Under the pieces are notes generated by a model. It worked only from the letters and a program-made list of their open reading frames with translations. It did not search any database and was not told the origin of the DNA. A stretch of DNA of 64,000 bases, from positions 96,001-160,000 of the IMG/VR virus record IMGVR_UViG_3300043446_003177, one strand, 5' to 3'. This document shows, one piece after another, positions 10,949-21,175 of this stretch. The position numbers and the translations under genes are program-made. Every line of letters starts with the position of its first letter. The first letter of the stretch is position 1. This DNA is from a virus.

Positions 10949-12511
10949 ATGTCTGCAATTATAACTGATCAACTTAGAATTTTGAATGCTAAGAATTTTG
11001 TTTCGGATGTATCATCCGGATCAAATTCTTATTACGCTTTTATTGGACTTCCAAACGCTACTGAGTTATCTGCTACTTGGGATACTATTCCACCGGCTCC
11101 AAAAGATAATTTTGATGAAGAAAATAATTATTGGGATACAGTAATAGCTTTGAAAAAGGTTGCTCCTGATAATGTTAGACAGGTTATTAGAAAAATAACC
11201 TGGACATCTGGATCTGTTTACGATATGTATCGTCATGATATTAGTAGAACCAGAACTGCAAAACCATCTGGATCTACTAGTCTATATTCTTCAAATTTTT
11301 ACGTTGTAAATAGTGACTATAGAGTTTATATTTGTCTTCAAAATGGAACTGATCCAGAAAATCCAGAAGGTAGACCATCATTAGACGAACCAACCTTTAC
11401 AGATTTGGAACCCAAATCTGCAGGAACTAGTGGAGATGGTTATATTTGGAAATATCTATATACAATCAAACCAGGCGATTTGATTAAGTTTGATTCAACC
11501 AATTTTATGCCCGTACCAAAAAATTGGTCTTCAAGCGCAGATGATGCTGCAGTTAGAGTTAACGCATCAACTAGTGGACAGTTAAAAATTGCAACTATTA
11601 CTGATAGAGGTAGTGGAGTTGGTCCAGCAAACTCGATTTATACTAGAGTTCCTATTAGAGGTGATGGAACTGGTGCTGAAGCAACAGTAGTTATAAATAA
11701 CGACTCTAAGGTAGAATCTATTACTATTTCAAAAGGAGGATCTGGTTATACTTACGGTATTGTTGATCTTGCTGAAGGTAATGTTCCAGAAGCAACTATA
11801 ACTCCAAAATTCAATGTTATCATTCCGCCAAAAGGTGGACATGGATTTGATATTTATAGAGAACTTGGAGCTCATAACGTTTTAATATATACAAGAATCG
11901 AAAACGACGATCAAAATCCCGACTTTATTACTGGAAACAAAATTGCTAGAGTCGGAATAGTAAGAAATCCACAATCATATTCTTCAACTTCACTATTATC
12001 TTTTGATAAGGCAAGTGTAGTTGGTGCGATGATTTTAAGAGGCACTGATGATTTCTTTGACTATCAGAATGCATCTTTTGCATATAATTCCACTATTACC
12101 CAATCAGTAGGATCTGGAATAACCGCTACTGGAAGAGTAGTATCATATGATCCAAATACTGGAGTTTTAAAATACTGGCAGGATAGAACAATAGTTGGAT
12201 TCAATACAGATGGATCAGTAAATGATCAAGTAGCATATGGATCCGAGTTCAATTTGAATGAATTTACAATTACAGGAGGATCTTTAACTATTGTTGGAGA
12301 GACTTCTACATTAGCAATCAACACAGCATTTTCTGGTGTAACAACGACTATAAATAGTAAAAAATATTATCTTGGACAGACCTTTGAAATGGGACTATCA
12401 AATCCTGAAGTTAAAAAATATTCTGGTGATATTATTTACGTGGATAATAGACCATCCATTACTAGGTCATTAAATCAAAAAGAAGATATTAAGGTTATTT
12501 TGCAATTCTAA
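10949..12511 (+). CDS. gp8: Baseplate wedge subunit gp8
   Basis: MSAIITDQLRILNAKNFV start, YVVNSDYRVYICLQNG, DGYIWKYLYTI, C-terminal SGDIIYVDNRPSITRSLNQKEDIKVILQF. Confidence 0.9.
   Translation: MSAIITDQLRILNAKNFVSDVSSGSNSYYAFIGLPNATELSATWDTIPPAPKDNFDEENNYWDTVIALKKVAPDNVRQVIRKITWTSGSVYDMYRHDISRTRTAKPSGSTSLYSSNFYVVNSDYRVYICLQNGTDPENPEGRPSLDEPTFTDLEPKSAGTSGDGYIWKYLYTIKPGDLIKFDSTNFMPVPKNWSSSADDAAVRVNASTSGQLKIATITDRGSGVGPANSIYTRVPIRGDGTGAEATVVINNDSKVESITISKGGSGYTYGIVDLAEGNVPEATITPKFNVIIPPKGGHGFDIYRELGAHNVLIYTRIENDDQNPDFITGNKIARVGIVRNPQSYSSTSLLSFDKASVVGAMILRGTDDFFDYQNASFAYNSTITQSVGSGITATGRVVSYDPNTGVLKYWQDRTIVGFNTDGSVNDQVAYGSEFNLNEFTITGGSLTIVGETSTLAINTAFSGVTTTINSKKYYLGQTFEMGLSNPEVKKYSGDIIYVDNRPSITRSLNQKEDIKVILQF
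12349..12356 (+). promoter_or_regulatory. Late promoter TATAAATA inside gp8, upstream of the DUF4815-type gene
   Basis: Exact consensus about 160 nt before the next start; could be chance in AT-rich DNA. Confidence 0.5.
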
Positions 12512-12517
12512 AGAATT

Positions 12518-15500
12518 ATGCCTCAGGAAACTAATCTCAACGTTACTCCATATTTTGACGATTACTTAGCACGTAATGGAGGTAAACAAAATAACTACTA
12601 TAAAGTTCTTTTTAAGCCTGGATACCCTGTTCAAGCTAGAGAGTTAACAACTTTACAGTCAATTCTACAAAACCAAATTGAACAATTTGGAAATCATATT
12701 TTCAAAGAAGGTAGTGTAGTAATACCTGGACAAGTAAACTATCTTCCAAAATTTCCAGCAGTGGAAGTTGAAGCAGAATTTCTTGGTATACCACTAAGAA
12801 CTTATGCTCAGAGTTTAATTGGTAAAGAAATTGTTGGCGATGACTCTGACGTAAGAGCAAAAGTTATAGCAGTTAGGGATGTTGAGAATTCCCCTAGAAG
12901 ATATTTTACATTATATGTAACATATACAAGAACAGGCGTTAATGGAGCTTCTGTTTTTGCTAATAACGAAACTCTACTTTTACCAAGTGGATTGGTAAAA
13001 GGCGCTTTAGTGATACAACCAAATCAAGGATTTGCTATTACTGCTTCCCAAAGAGCAACTTCAGTCGGAACCGCTGTAGCTGTTTCTGAAGGTGTTTATT
13101 TTGTTAGAGGAACTTTTGTTGATGTAGATAATCAACTTATTCTTTTAGATCCATATTCCAATAAACCAAATTATAAAGTTGGATTTGATGTTATTGAAGA
13201 GATAATCACAGTAGATGATGACCCAAAACTTGCAGACAATGCAAGAGGATTTAATAATTATGCAGCCCCAGGAGCAGATAGATTTAAAATAAGTTTAATC
13301 CTCACTAAAAAAGATTTGGATGAAGAAAAAAATGAAAGCTTTGTTCAACTTTTAGAAATTAGAGACGGTAAAATATACGGAGTAACTAAGAGAACAAATT
13401 ATAGTTTAATTAGGGATGAATTAGCTAGAAGAACTTTTGACGAATCTGGAGATTATTATGTTAAACCATTTGATGTAGTTACAAGAGAGTCTCTAGACGA
13501 TCTAAAGGGAAATAATGGAATATTTAAAGAAGGCAGGCTTACATACGAAGATAACAAACCAAGTGATGATCTAGGTGTTTATCAAATATCTCCAGGAAAA
13601 GCTTATGTAAAAGGTTATGAAATTGAGACCATTAGTCCAACATTTTTAGATTTTCCAAAACCAAGAAAAACCAGAACTTTACGAGATCAGAGCATAAATT
13701 ATTTAACTGGTCCGGCACTAAGACTGAATAATGTAAATTCTGCACCAGATATTGGAATTGCAACCTCATATACGCTTTCATTGAGAAACACTAGAGTTGG
13801 AGTAAACTCTGAAGTTGGTGCGGGAAAGGAAATTGGATTATCAAGAGTGTATGACTTTGCATTAGAATCCGGTTCATATGATACTTCATTACCAGATACT
13901 AATCAATGGGATATTTCTTTATTTGATACAAAATTATACACAGAGCTTAGATTAAATACTGAAGTAACTCTTTCTTCACCACTTCATATTCTAGGTAAAG
14001 CTAGTGGAGCAAATGGATTTTTGCGTTTTGATGTATCAAATTCTGGAATCATTACTGCATACGATACTAAAGGGACATTTATTGCGGGCGAAGAACTAAT
14101 TTTTAATGGTATTGAATCAAATGGAATCACAACATCTGTTTTACAATACAAGCTTTCAGATGTAAAATCTTTATATGGTGTTTCTGGAATCAATACATTT
14201 ACTGCCGATGCAAAGCAAGAAGTAACTAGAAATTTTGGACAGGTCACTATAAGTGCTGCTACTGGTGGAATTAGTACTGTGACTTCATCAAAAGTTACTT
14301 TCCCAACAAAAATTGAAATTGATGATTTGGTATCTTATACCAATCCAGGATTTTCTGTACCAAGTTATGCTAAAGTAACAAATGTATATAAATCGGCATT
14401 AACTATCGAGGCAATTACTTCCGTTTCTGGAGTATGCACTGGAGGACTTCCAACATCACAGATTACTCCCTCCGATTTTAGTTTAATAAACACTAAACTT
14501 CTTTCTTCTCCAGATAATACACTTTTCACAAAGTTACCAAAAAATTTCGTTTCGTCTGTAAACTTAAGTGAATCTAACTTAACAATAAGAAAGCAATTTA
14601 CAGTTTCTATTTCTGCAAACAAAACCGCACCTATCATTGCGGGAGAGAACGAAACTTTCTTACCATTTGATGAAGAAAGATATGTTTTAGTAAGATCTAA
14701 TGGAAATGTTGAGGCTCTTTCTGCAGATAAATTAGTTTTTGCAAATGGTAGCAAACAATTAGAAATTTTAGGGTTAGCAAGTGGTACGGACACTGGTGCT
14801 AAATTAATTGCTACTCTTAGAAAAATAAATGTTAAGAGCAAACTCAAATTAAGAAGAAAGGTAACTTCAGTAGTAATTGATAAGTCTTCTTTACCACAAT
14901 CCGGTATTGGACAATCAACTCTCAATGATGGACTGACTTATGGAACTTTCCCATATGGAACCAGAGTTCAGGATAAAGAGATTTGTTTGCAATATCCAGA
15001 TATTGTTCAATTACATGGTGTTTATGAATCAACGAGTACAACATCTCCAGTATTAACTAGAATTAGATTTTCTGCCTTCGATGGACCATCGGCAAAATCA
15101 TCCGATTTAATTGTCGGTGAAGAGTGGGTAGGCGCAAGAAGTTCTTCTATAGGATTAAATGTTGGTAGAATTGATGATGAGACAATTGAAGTTATAAGGA
15201 CAAACAGAAGAACTCCTCTAGTAGGAGAAAGAATTAAATTTAAAGAATCAGGTGTAACAGCAATTGTAGAAGAAGTAAATATTGGGGATCCAAATATTAC
15301 TTCACATTATGTCCTTGATAATGGACAAGAAGATACAATTTATGATTATGGTAAAATTGTTAGAAGGTCTCAGTTTGCTGCACCAACTAGAAAAATAAGA
15401 ATAGTATTTGAATCTGCATATTATTCAGATTCCGATGATGGAGATATTACAACTGCAGCATCATATTCAAGATACGAATATGACGAAATTCCATTTAGTG

Positions 15501-18500
15501 ATAGAAGAATAAAATGTTCCGATCTTCTCGACATTCGCCCTAGAGTACAAGTATATACACCAACTGCAGGATCTAGATCTCCGTTTGAATTTTTAGGAAG
15601 ATCTTTTGTAAGTGGATCGAATAATTCTTCCAAAAATATTTTAGTTTCTGATGAATCTATCTTACTAACATATTCACATTATCTGTCTAGAATTGATAGA
15701 ATTTATCTAAGTAAAGATGGTGAATTTACAATTGTAAGAGGAACTCCAGCAGAATTTCCAAAAGAACCTTTACCTTTAAATGATGCTTTAGAAGTTGCAA
15801 AGGTCACACTTCCTCCGTATCTATCAAATGCTAACGATGCTCAGATCAAACTAGTATCTCATAAGAGATATAGAATGACTGATATTGCAAAATTGGATGA
15901 TAGAATTTCAAACCTAGAATATTATACAACATTATCTCTTTTAGAATCTCAAACTCAGAATCTATTCGTCCCAGATAGTAATGGACTTAATAGGTTTAAA
16001 TCTGGATTCTTTGTAGATAATTTCTCTACAGCAAATCCACAAGCTAAAACAGCAATTCCAAGAAATGCAATTGATGTTAAAAAATCAGAGCTTAGACCAG
16101 CAACATATACAACTCAATTGGATCTTATACTTGGTTCAAAGTCTCTAGTAGGAATTGGAAGTTCAGCTGACCCAACTGTAGACTCTAGATTTGTATCAGA
16201 CATTATCGGAAGTAATATTAGAAAAACTGGTCAACTTATAACTTTAAACTATAGTGATGCAAGGTATTTAAGACAACCATATGCAACTCGTGCAATTAAT
16301 GTAACTCCATATGCAGTAACAACATATGAAGGAACTATAGAACTTGAACCGTCTTCGGATATTTGGATTGATACAACCAGAATAGAAGCCAACACCATAA
16401 CAATTGATACTTTTACTCCTGCACTAGGAATTCTAAAAGAAGTTATTCCGGGATTTGACCCACAAACTGGATTTGGCCCAACAACCTGGAATGCATGGAA
16501 CACTGTTTGGACAGGATCCACAACAACTAGAAATGGTTGGATACAAACAACAGTTGATACCGGAACAAGTACTAGAACAGGAACTAGACTTGAAGTTACA
16601 CCTGTTACGACAACACAATCACTTGGAGATAAACTAGTTGATAGTGATGTAATCACTAATATGAGATCCAGAAATATAGAAGTTACTGGAAATAGATTTA
16701 AGCCATTTACTCAACTGTATGCCTTCTTTGATGGGACTGATGTTAATGCATTTGTGTTTCCAAAACTCATTGAAATTAAAATGATTAAAGGAACCTTCCG
16801 AGTTGGAGAAACTGTAACGGGTGATGATAAAACAAGAACAAATGGTGCAGAAATTCCAAAAATTAAATTTAGAGTAGCGAACGCAAATCACAAATATGGT
16901 GCATATAATAAACCAGAAGACATTTATGATGTAAACCCATACACTAGAGCAAATAGCCTTCCAGCAAATTATTCATCAACATCAACAATCCTTAATGTAG
17001 ACACATACCATTTAACTGAGGGTGTTAAAGATGGATTTGATGGATATATTGCAAAGGGTATGCGTTTGAAAGGAGGTACTAGTGGTGCTGTTGCTGAAGT
17101 AACTAATGTTAGACTGGTAACTGACGATGTTGGTACTATCATTGCATCTTTCTTCATTCCAGATCCAAATATTAGAACTAATCCAAAATTCAAAACTGGA
17201 ATTAGAACCTTTAGATTTACAAATAGTTCAACAAATTCTACTGTTTCTGGAATTTTAGTTACTTCTGGCGAAGAGCAATACTTTGCTCAAGGTACTTTAA
17301 ATACGGTACAAGAAACCATCCAATCAACAAGAAGTCCAAGATTCCAAACAAAAACACTAACAGAACAAAAAGCTGCTACAAGAACAACTGTTGTTGATTT
17401 AACTCCTCCACCTCCCCCACGCCGCCACGACCCACTAGCACAGTCATTCTACGTTGATGAACCAAGTGGAATTTTTGTAACTAAGATTGATTTATATTTC
17501 CAATCAAAAGATCCTACAGGAAAACTTCCACTAATATTCCAACTTCGTACAATGTCGTTGGGAGTTCCAACAGAAGAAGTTTATCCATTTAGTGAATTAA
17601 TCGTACTACCAAAATATATTAAGACATCTCAAGATGGATCTGTAGCGACAACATTAACATTCCCATCACCAGTTTATCTGAAAGGTGAAAAAGAACATGC
17701 TATCGTTATGCTTTCTGATTCAAATGAATATCAAGTTTGGTGTTCTAGAATTGGCGAAATTGATATTACTACCCAATCTGGACCAGAATCTCGCCAGGTT
17801 GTAGTTACAAAACAACCAGATCTTGGATCACTATTTAAGTCTCAAAATGGATCTACTTGGGATCCAAGTCAATATGAAGATCTAAAGTATACTTTATATC
17901 GTGCAGAATTTGCAAATACTCAGACTGGTACAGTAAACTTCTTCAATCCAAATCTAACAACAAGAAACAAAAAAATTGCAAAGTTACCTACAAACCCAAT
18001 TCAATTCTTCTCTAAAAAGATAAGAGTTTCATTAGCTTCTTCTATCAATGATCCCAATCTACAAATTGGAAATACAATATTCCAAACTGCATCCAATGCT
18101 ACAGCAAATTATGTAGGATCTGCAGGTTCGGCTAGTGGAACCTTAGGAATAACAAATTCTGGAATAGGATATACTCCATCTGATGGGTCGAGTTTTACAT
18201 ACAATAATATTTCTCTAGTTACTGTTACTGGATCTGGAAAAAATGCAACAGCCAATATCACTATTGGGGCAAACGCAACAACTAATGGAATTGCAATTGC
18301 AGCAACAGTAGTTAATGGTGGAACTGGATATGTAACTGGTGACGTACTAACTGTTAATTCCCTAGGTGTAGATGGATTAGGTGAAAACTTACGTTTAACT
18401 GTTAGAAACACTTCTGGAGGAAATCAGCTAATTCTCGATAACGTTCAGGGTGATTTTATTACTGGAGCAGGATCAACAATTAGATTTGTAACATCTGCTG

Positions 18501-19945
18501 GTATTAATACAGATTTAAATTCTGCAGTTGGTGGTGGTGTTACGGTTTCTAGTGTAGACTTAGCAAGTGTATATCAGGATGGATTGCATTTCAAAGTCAA
18601 TCACAGAAATCATGGAATGCATTCAAAAACTAACGATGTAATTATTAGTGGAGTAGATCCAACAACAAAACCAGCAAAATTAAATGCCGATTTAGGGGAT
18701 ACTTCAGAAAACATTGTTTTAGTTGATGCAAGTGGATTCTCTACGTTTGAAAATGTTGGAATTGCAACTACAAATAGAGGATATTTATTAATTGAGGATG
18801 AAATTATTTCTTATAGTGGAGTATCTGGAAATACTTTAACAGGTGTTACTAGAGGAATTGATAATACAAAAGTGTTCACTTATGCAAAGGGAACTGATGT
18901 TTATAAGTATGAAACTCGCGGAATTTCTCTAAGGAGAATTAACAAAACACATACTTTACAGGATGCAACAGTACCAGAGGCAATTGGATTAGATTATTAT
19001 TGGTTAAGATTGAATATGGATGGAGTTGATATTGGCGAAACAGATGAAATCCCCGATAGAAATACTTCCGCAAGTTTCCCTAAACTTTACATTAATGAAA
19101 CTAAAACTTCTGGAGGGTCTGATGTATATGCAACCCAAAATATACAATTTGACATGTTACATCCTCAAGTTCAAACTTTAGTTCTACCAGGAACAAAGAT
19201 AGATTCTACTGCAAGAACAGTTAGTGGTACGAGTGTGAACAATAATGCAGAAATTTCATTCTTAGATAAGGGATTTGAATCTGTATCACTAAATGCGGAT
19301 AACTTCTTATCTTCACCAAGATTAATTTGTTCTCAAATTAATGAAAAGAATAAGTTATCTGCTCTACCTATTAACAAATCTTTTGAATTGTCTTTAGTTC
19401 TATCTTCAACTAAATCAACTGTATCCCCAGTTATAGACTTACATAGACTTGGAATTATTTTATCATCAAACAGAGTGAATAGAGTTATTACAAATTATAT
19501 TTCGGACAACAGAACATCAACTCTAGATGGGGATCCAACAGCGTTTACATATGCAACTGCACCAATAACTCTAGAACTTGCAGCAACTTCGATTAAATGC
19601 TTATTTACAGCGTATGTAAATAATGATGCAGAAATCAGAGCACTTTATTCTGTAGGGAAAAATGCTAAAGATTTACAAATTTATAATTTATTCCCTGGAT
19701 ATGATAACTTGGATGTGAATGGTGATATTATCAATCCAAACAGAAATAGTGGTCTTCCCAATAAGAAGGTTCAAAAATCAACAGAATTTTCTGGAGATAG
19801 TAACAAGTTAACATTTAGAGAATATGAATTTTCTATAGATAAACTTCCACCATTTAGATATTATAGCATTAAATTGTTAGGGACTTCTACAAATTCTGCC
19901 CATCCACCTATTATAAGAGACTTTAGAATAATCGCATTAGCTTAA
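12518..19945 (+). CDS. Large virion structural protein (DUF4815 / VrlC-like), 2475 aa
   Basis: MPQETNLNVTPYFDD, VLFKPGYPVQARELTTLQSILQNQIE, APGADRFKI, RFKSGFFVDNF, DPLAQSF, GSLFKSQNGSTW motifs of cyanomyovirus DUF4815-type proteins. Confidence 0.8.
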   Translation: MPQETNLNVTPYFDDYLARNGGKQNNYYKVLFKPGYPVQARELTTLQSILQNQIEQFGNHIFKEGSVVIPGQVNYLPKFPAVEVEAEFLGIPLRTYAQSLIGKEIVGDDSDVRAKVIAVRDVENSPRRYFTLYVTYTRTGVNGASVFANNETLLLPSGLVKGALVIQPNQGFAITASQRATSVGTAVAVSEGVYFVRGTFVDVDNQLILLDPYSNKPNYKVGFDVIEEIITVDDDPKLADNARGFNNYAAPGADRFKISLILTKKDLDEEKNESFVQLLEIRDGKIYGVTKRTNYSLIRDELARRTFDESGDYYVKPFDVVTRESLDDLKGNNGIFKEGRLTYEDNKPSDDLGVYQISPGKAYVKGYEIETISPTFLDFPKPRKTRTLRDQSINYLTGPALRLNNVNSAPDIGIATSYTLSLRNTRVGVNSEVGAGKEIGLSRVYDFALESGSYDTSLPDTNQWDISLFDTKLYTELRLNTEVTLSSPLHILGKASGANGFLRFDVSNSGIITAYDTKGTFIAGEELIFNGIESNGITTSVLQYKLSDVKSLYGVSGINTFTADAKQEVTRNFGQVTISAATGGISTVTSSKVTFPTKIEIDDLVSYTNPGFSVPSYAKVTNVYKSALTIEAITSVSGVCTGGLPTSQITPSDFSLINTKLLSSPDNTLFTKLPKNFVSSVNLSESNLTIRKQFTVSISANKTAPIIAGENETFLPFDEERYVLVRSNGNVEALSADKLVFANGSKQLEILGLASGTDTGAKLIATLRKINVKSKLKLRRKVTSVVIDKSSLPQSGIGQSTLNDGLTYGTFPYGTRVQDKEICLQYPDIVQLHGVYESTSTTSPVLTRIRFSAFDGPSAKSSDLIVGEEWVGARSSSIGLNVGRIDDETIEVIRTNRRTPLVGERIKFKESGVTAIVEEVNIGDPNITSHYVLDNGQEDTIYDYGKIVRRSQFAAPTRKIRIVFESAYYSDSDDGDITTAASYSRYEYDEIPFSDRRIKCSDLLDIRPRVQVYTPTAGSRSPFEFLGRSFVSGSNNSSKNILVSDESILLTYSHYLSRIDRIYLSKDGEFTIVRGTPAEFPKEPLPLNDALEVAKVTLPPYLSNANDAQIKLVSHKRYRMTDIAKLDDRISNLEYYTTLSLLESQTQNLFVPDSNGLNRFKSGFFVDNFSTANPQAKTAIPRNAIDVKKSELRPATYTTQLDLILGSKSLVGIGSSADPTVDSRFVSDIIGSNIRKTGQLITLNYSDARYLRQPYATRAINVTPYAVTTYEGTIELEPSSDIWIDTTRIEANTITIDTFTPALGILKEVIPGFDPQTGFGPTTWNAWNTVWTGSTTTRNGWIQTTVDTGTSTRTGTRLEVTPVTTTQSLGDKLVDSDVITNMRSRNIEVTGNRFKPFTQLYAFFDGTDVNAFVFPKLIEIKMIKGTFRVGETVTGDDKTRTNGAEIPKIKFRVANANHKYGAYNKPEDIYDVNPYTRANSLPANYSSTSTILNVDTYHLTEGVKDGFDGYIAKGMRLKGGTSGAVAEVTNVRLVTDDVGTIIASFFIPDPNIRTNPKFKTGIRTFRFTNSSTNSTVSGILVTSGEEQYFAQGTLNTVQETIQSTRSPRFQTKTLTEQKAATRTTVVDLTPPPPPRRHDPLAQSFYVDEPSGIFVTKIDLYFQSKDPTGKLPLIFQLRTMSLGVPTEEVYPFSELIVLPKYIKTSQDGSVATTLTFPSPVYLKGEKEHAIVMLSDSNEYQVWCSRIGEIDITTQSGPESRQVVVTKQPDLGSLFKSQNGSTWDPSQYEDLKYTLYRAEFANTQTGTVNFFNPNLTTRNKKIAKLPTNPIQFFSKKIRVSLASSINDPNLQIGNTIFQTASNATANYVGSAGSASGTLGITNSGIGYTPSDGSSFTYNNISLVTVTGSGKNATANITIGANATTNGIAIAATVVNGGTGYVTGDVLTVNSLGVDGLGENLRLTVRNTSGGNQLILDNVQGDFITGAGSTIRFVTSAGINTDLNSAVGGGVTVSSVDLASVYQDGLHFKVNHRNHGMHSKTNDVIISGVDPTTKPAKLNADLGDTSENIVLVDASGFSTFENVGIATTNRGYLLIEDEIISYSGVSGNTLTGVTRGIDNTKVFTYAKGTDVYKYETRGISLRRINKTHTLQDATVPEAIGLDYYWLRLNMDGVDIGETDEIPDRNTSASFPKLYINETKTSGGSDVYATQNIQFDMLHPQVQTLVLPGTKIDSTARTVSGTSVNNNAEISFLDKGFESVSLNADNFLSSPRLICSQINEKNKLSALPINKSFELSLVLSSTKSTVSPVIDLHRLGIILSSNRVNRVITNYISDNRTSTLDGDPTAFTYATAPITLELAATSIKCLFTAYVNNDAEIRALYSVGKNAKDLQIYNLFPGYDNLDVNGDIINPNRNSGLPNKKVQKSTEFSGDSNKLTFREYEFSIDKLPPFRYYSIKLLGTSTNSAHPPIIRDFRIIALA

Positions 19946-19946
19946 A

Positions 19947-20165
19947 ATGAAACATTACAAAGTAGAAGGGTATTCAAATTTACTAAGAGATACTGATGTT
20001 GGTGCTATAGTCAATACTAATGATATTGAATATGAACAATATCTCGCAACTAGATCATTAAAAGAAATTGAATCTGAAAAAATTAATTCACTAGAAAATG
20101 AAGTGAAAGATATTAAAAATGATCTTGGTGAAATTAAAAATTTACTTAGGAGTTTGATTAAATGA
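19947..20165 (+). CDS. Conserved cyanophage small protein with C-terminal coiled coil
   Basis: KVEGYSNLLRDTDVGAIVN plus heptad C-terminus; tight packing with neighbours. Confidence 0.75.
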   Translation: MKHYKVEGYSNLLRDTDVGAIVNTNDIEYEQYLATRSLKEIESEKINSLENEVKDIKNDLGEIKNLLRSLIK

Positions 20166-20329
20166 ACCCATCAGATATTGAACTAGAAAATTTTAGCAAG
20201 TCTTTTGAATATGAAAAATTATCTAGAGACATAGATAGTATTGAAGATATTGCGATTCTTAGAAATTTAGCAAAATCTTACATTAAATTATACTTTAAAC
20301 AACAAGAAGTAGTAGCAAGTTTCCGATAA
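20162..20329 (+). CDS. 55-aa helical-hairpin protein, candidate NblA-like
   Basis: Not in the ORF track. MNPSDIELENFSKSFEYEKLSRDIDSIEDIAILRNLAKSYIKLYFKQQEVVASFR. ATGA overlap upstream and TAATG overlap with gp13, so the CDS is well supported; the NblA call is tentative. Confidence 0.5.
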   Translation: MNPSDIELENFSKSFEYEKLSRDIDSIEDIAILRNLAKSYIKLYFKQQEVVASFR

Positions 20330-21171
20330 TGTCCCAACCATCTACTAGACAACAACTTATTGATTATTGCAAAAGAAAACTGGGAGCTCCAGTTTTAGAA
20401 ATCAATGTCGCTGACGAGCAAATTGATGATTTAGTAGATGATGCTATACAGTTTTTCCAAGAAAGACACTTTGATGGTGTTGGTCAAGTATTTTTAAAAT
20501 ATCAAATTACTCAGAATGATATCGATAGAGGTAGAGCACCGAGAAATGGAAATGTTGGTGTAGCAACAACATCTGCTTCGGCGGTTATAGGTGGATCTAC
20601 AACCAACTTTAATTTCTCCGAAAACGGTAATTTTTTACAGATACCTCCTGATATTATTGGAATTAATAAAGTAATGCAATTTGATGGTACTAATAGAGTA
20701 TCTTCTGGGATGTTTAGTATTAAATATCAATTATTTTTGAACGATATTTACTATTGGGGATCTACAGAGATTTTAACATATTCCATGGTAAAAAGATACC
20801 TTGAAGATTTAGATTGGTTATTGACTAACCAAAAGCAAATTAGATTTAATAAAAGAATGGACCGACTCTATATGGATATAGATTGGTCAGCAGTTAATGT
20901 TGGCGACTATGTAATCATCGACTGTTATAGAGTATTAAATCCTAATGAATATCCTAGAGTCTGGAATGATTCATTCCTAAAACCATATTTGACTGCATTA
21001 ATTAAAAAGCAATGGGGGCAAAACTTAATCAAATTCCAAGGAGTTAAACTTCCTGGGGGTGTTGAGTTAAACGGAAGACAAATATATGATGATGCTACAA
21101 GAGAATTAGAGGAAATAATGAATAAGATGTCCAATACATACGAATTACCACCTTTCGATATGATAGGTTAA
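20329..21171 (+). CDS. gp13: Neck protein gp13
   Basis: LIDYCKRKLGAPVLEINV, KKQWGQNLIKFQGVKLPGGVELNG. Confidence 0.93.
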   Translation: MSQPSTRQQLIDYCKRKLGAPVLEINVADEQIDDLVDDAIQFFQERHFDGVGQVFLKYQITQNDIDRGRAPRNGNVGVATTSASAVIGGSTTNFNFSENGNFLQIPPDIIGINKVMQFDGTNRVSSGMFSIKYQLFLNDIYYWGSTEILTYSMVKRYLEDLDWLLTNQKQIRFNKRMDRLYMDIDWSAVNVGDYVIIDCYRVLNPNEYPRVWNDSFLKPYLTALIKKQWGQNLIKFQGVKLPGGVELNGRQIYDDATRELEEIMNKMSNTYELPPFDMIG

Positions 21172-21175
21172 TCAT

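Noticed and set aside
17404-17420. Poly-proline run (TPPPPP) in the DUF4815-type protein
   Set aside because: Low-complexity linker before the DPLAQSF motif; no sign of frameshift or mobile insertion.
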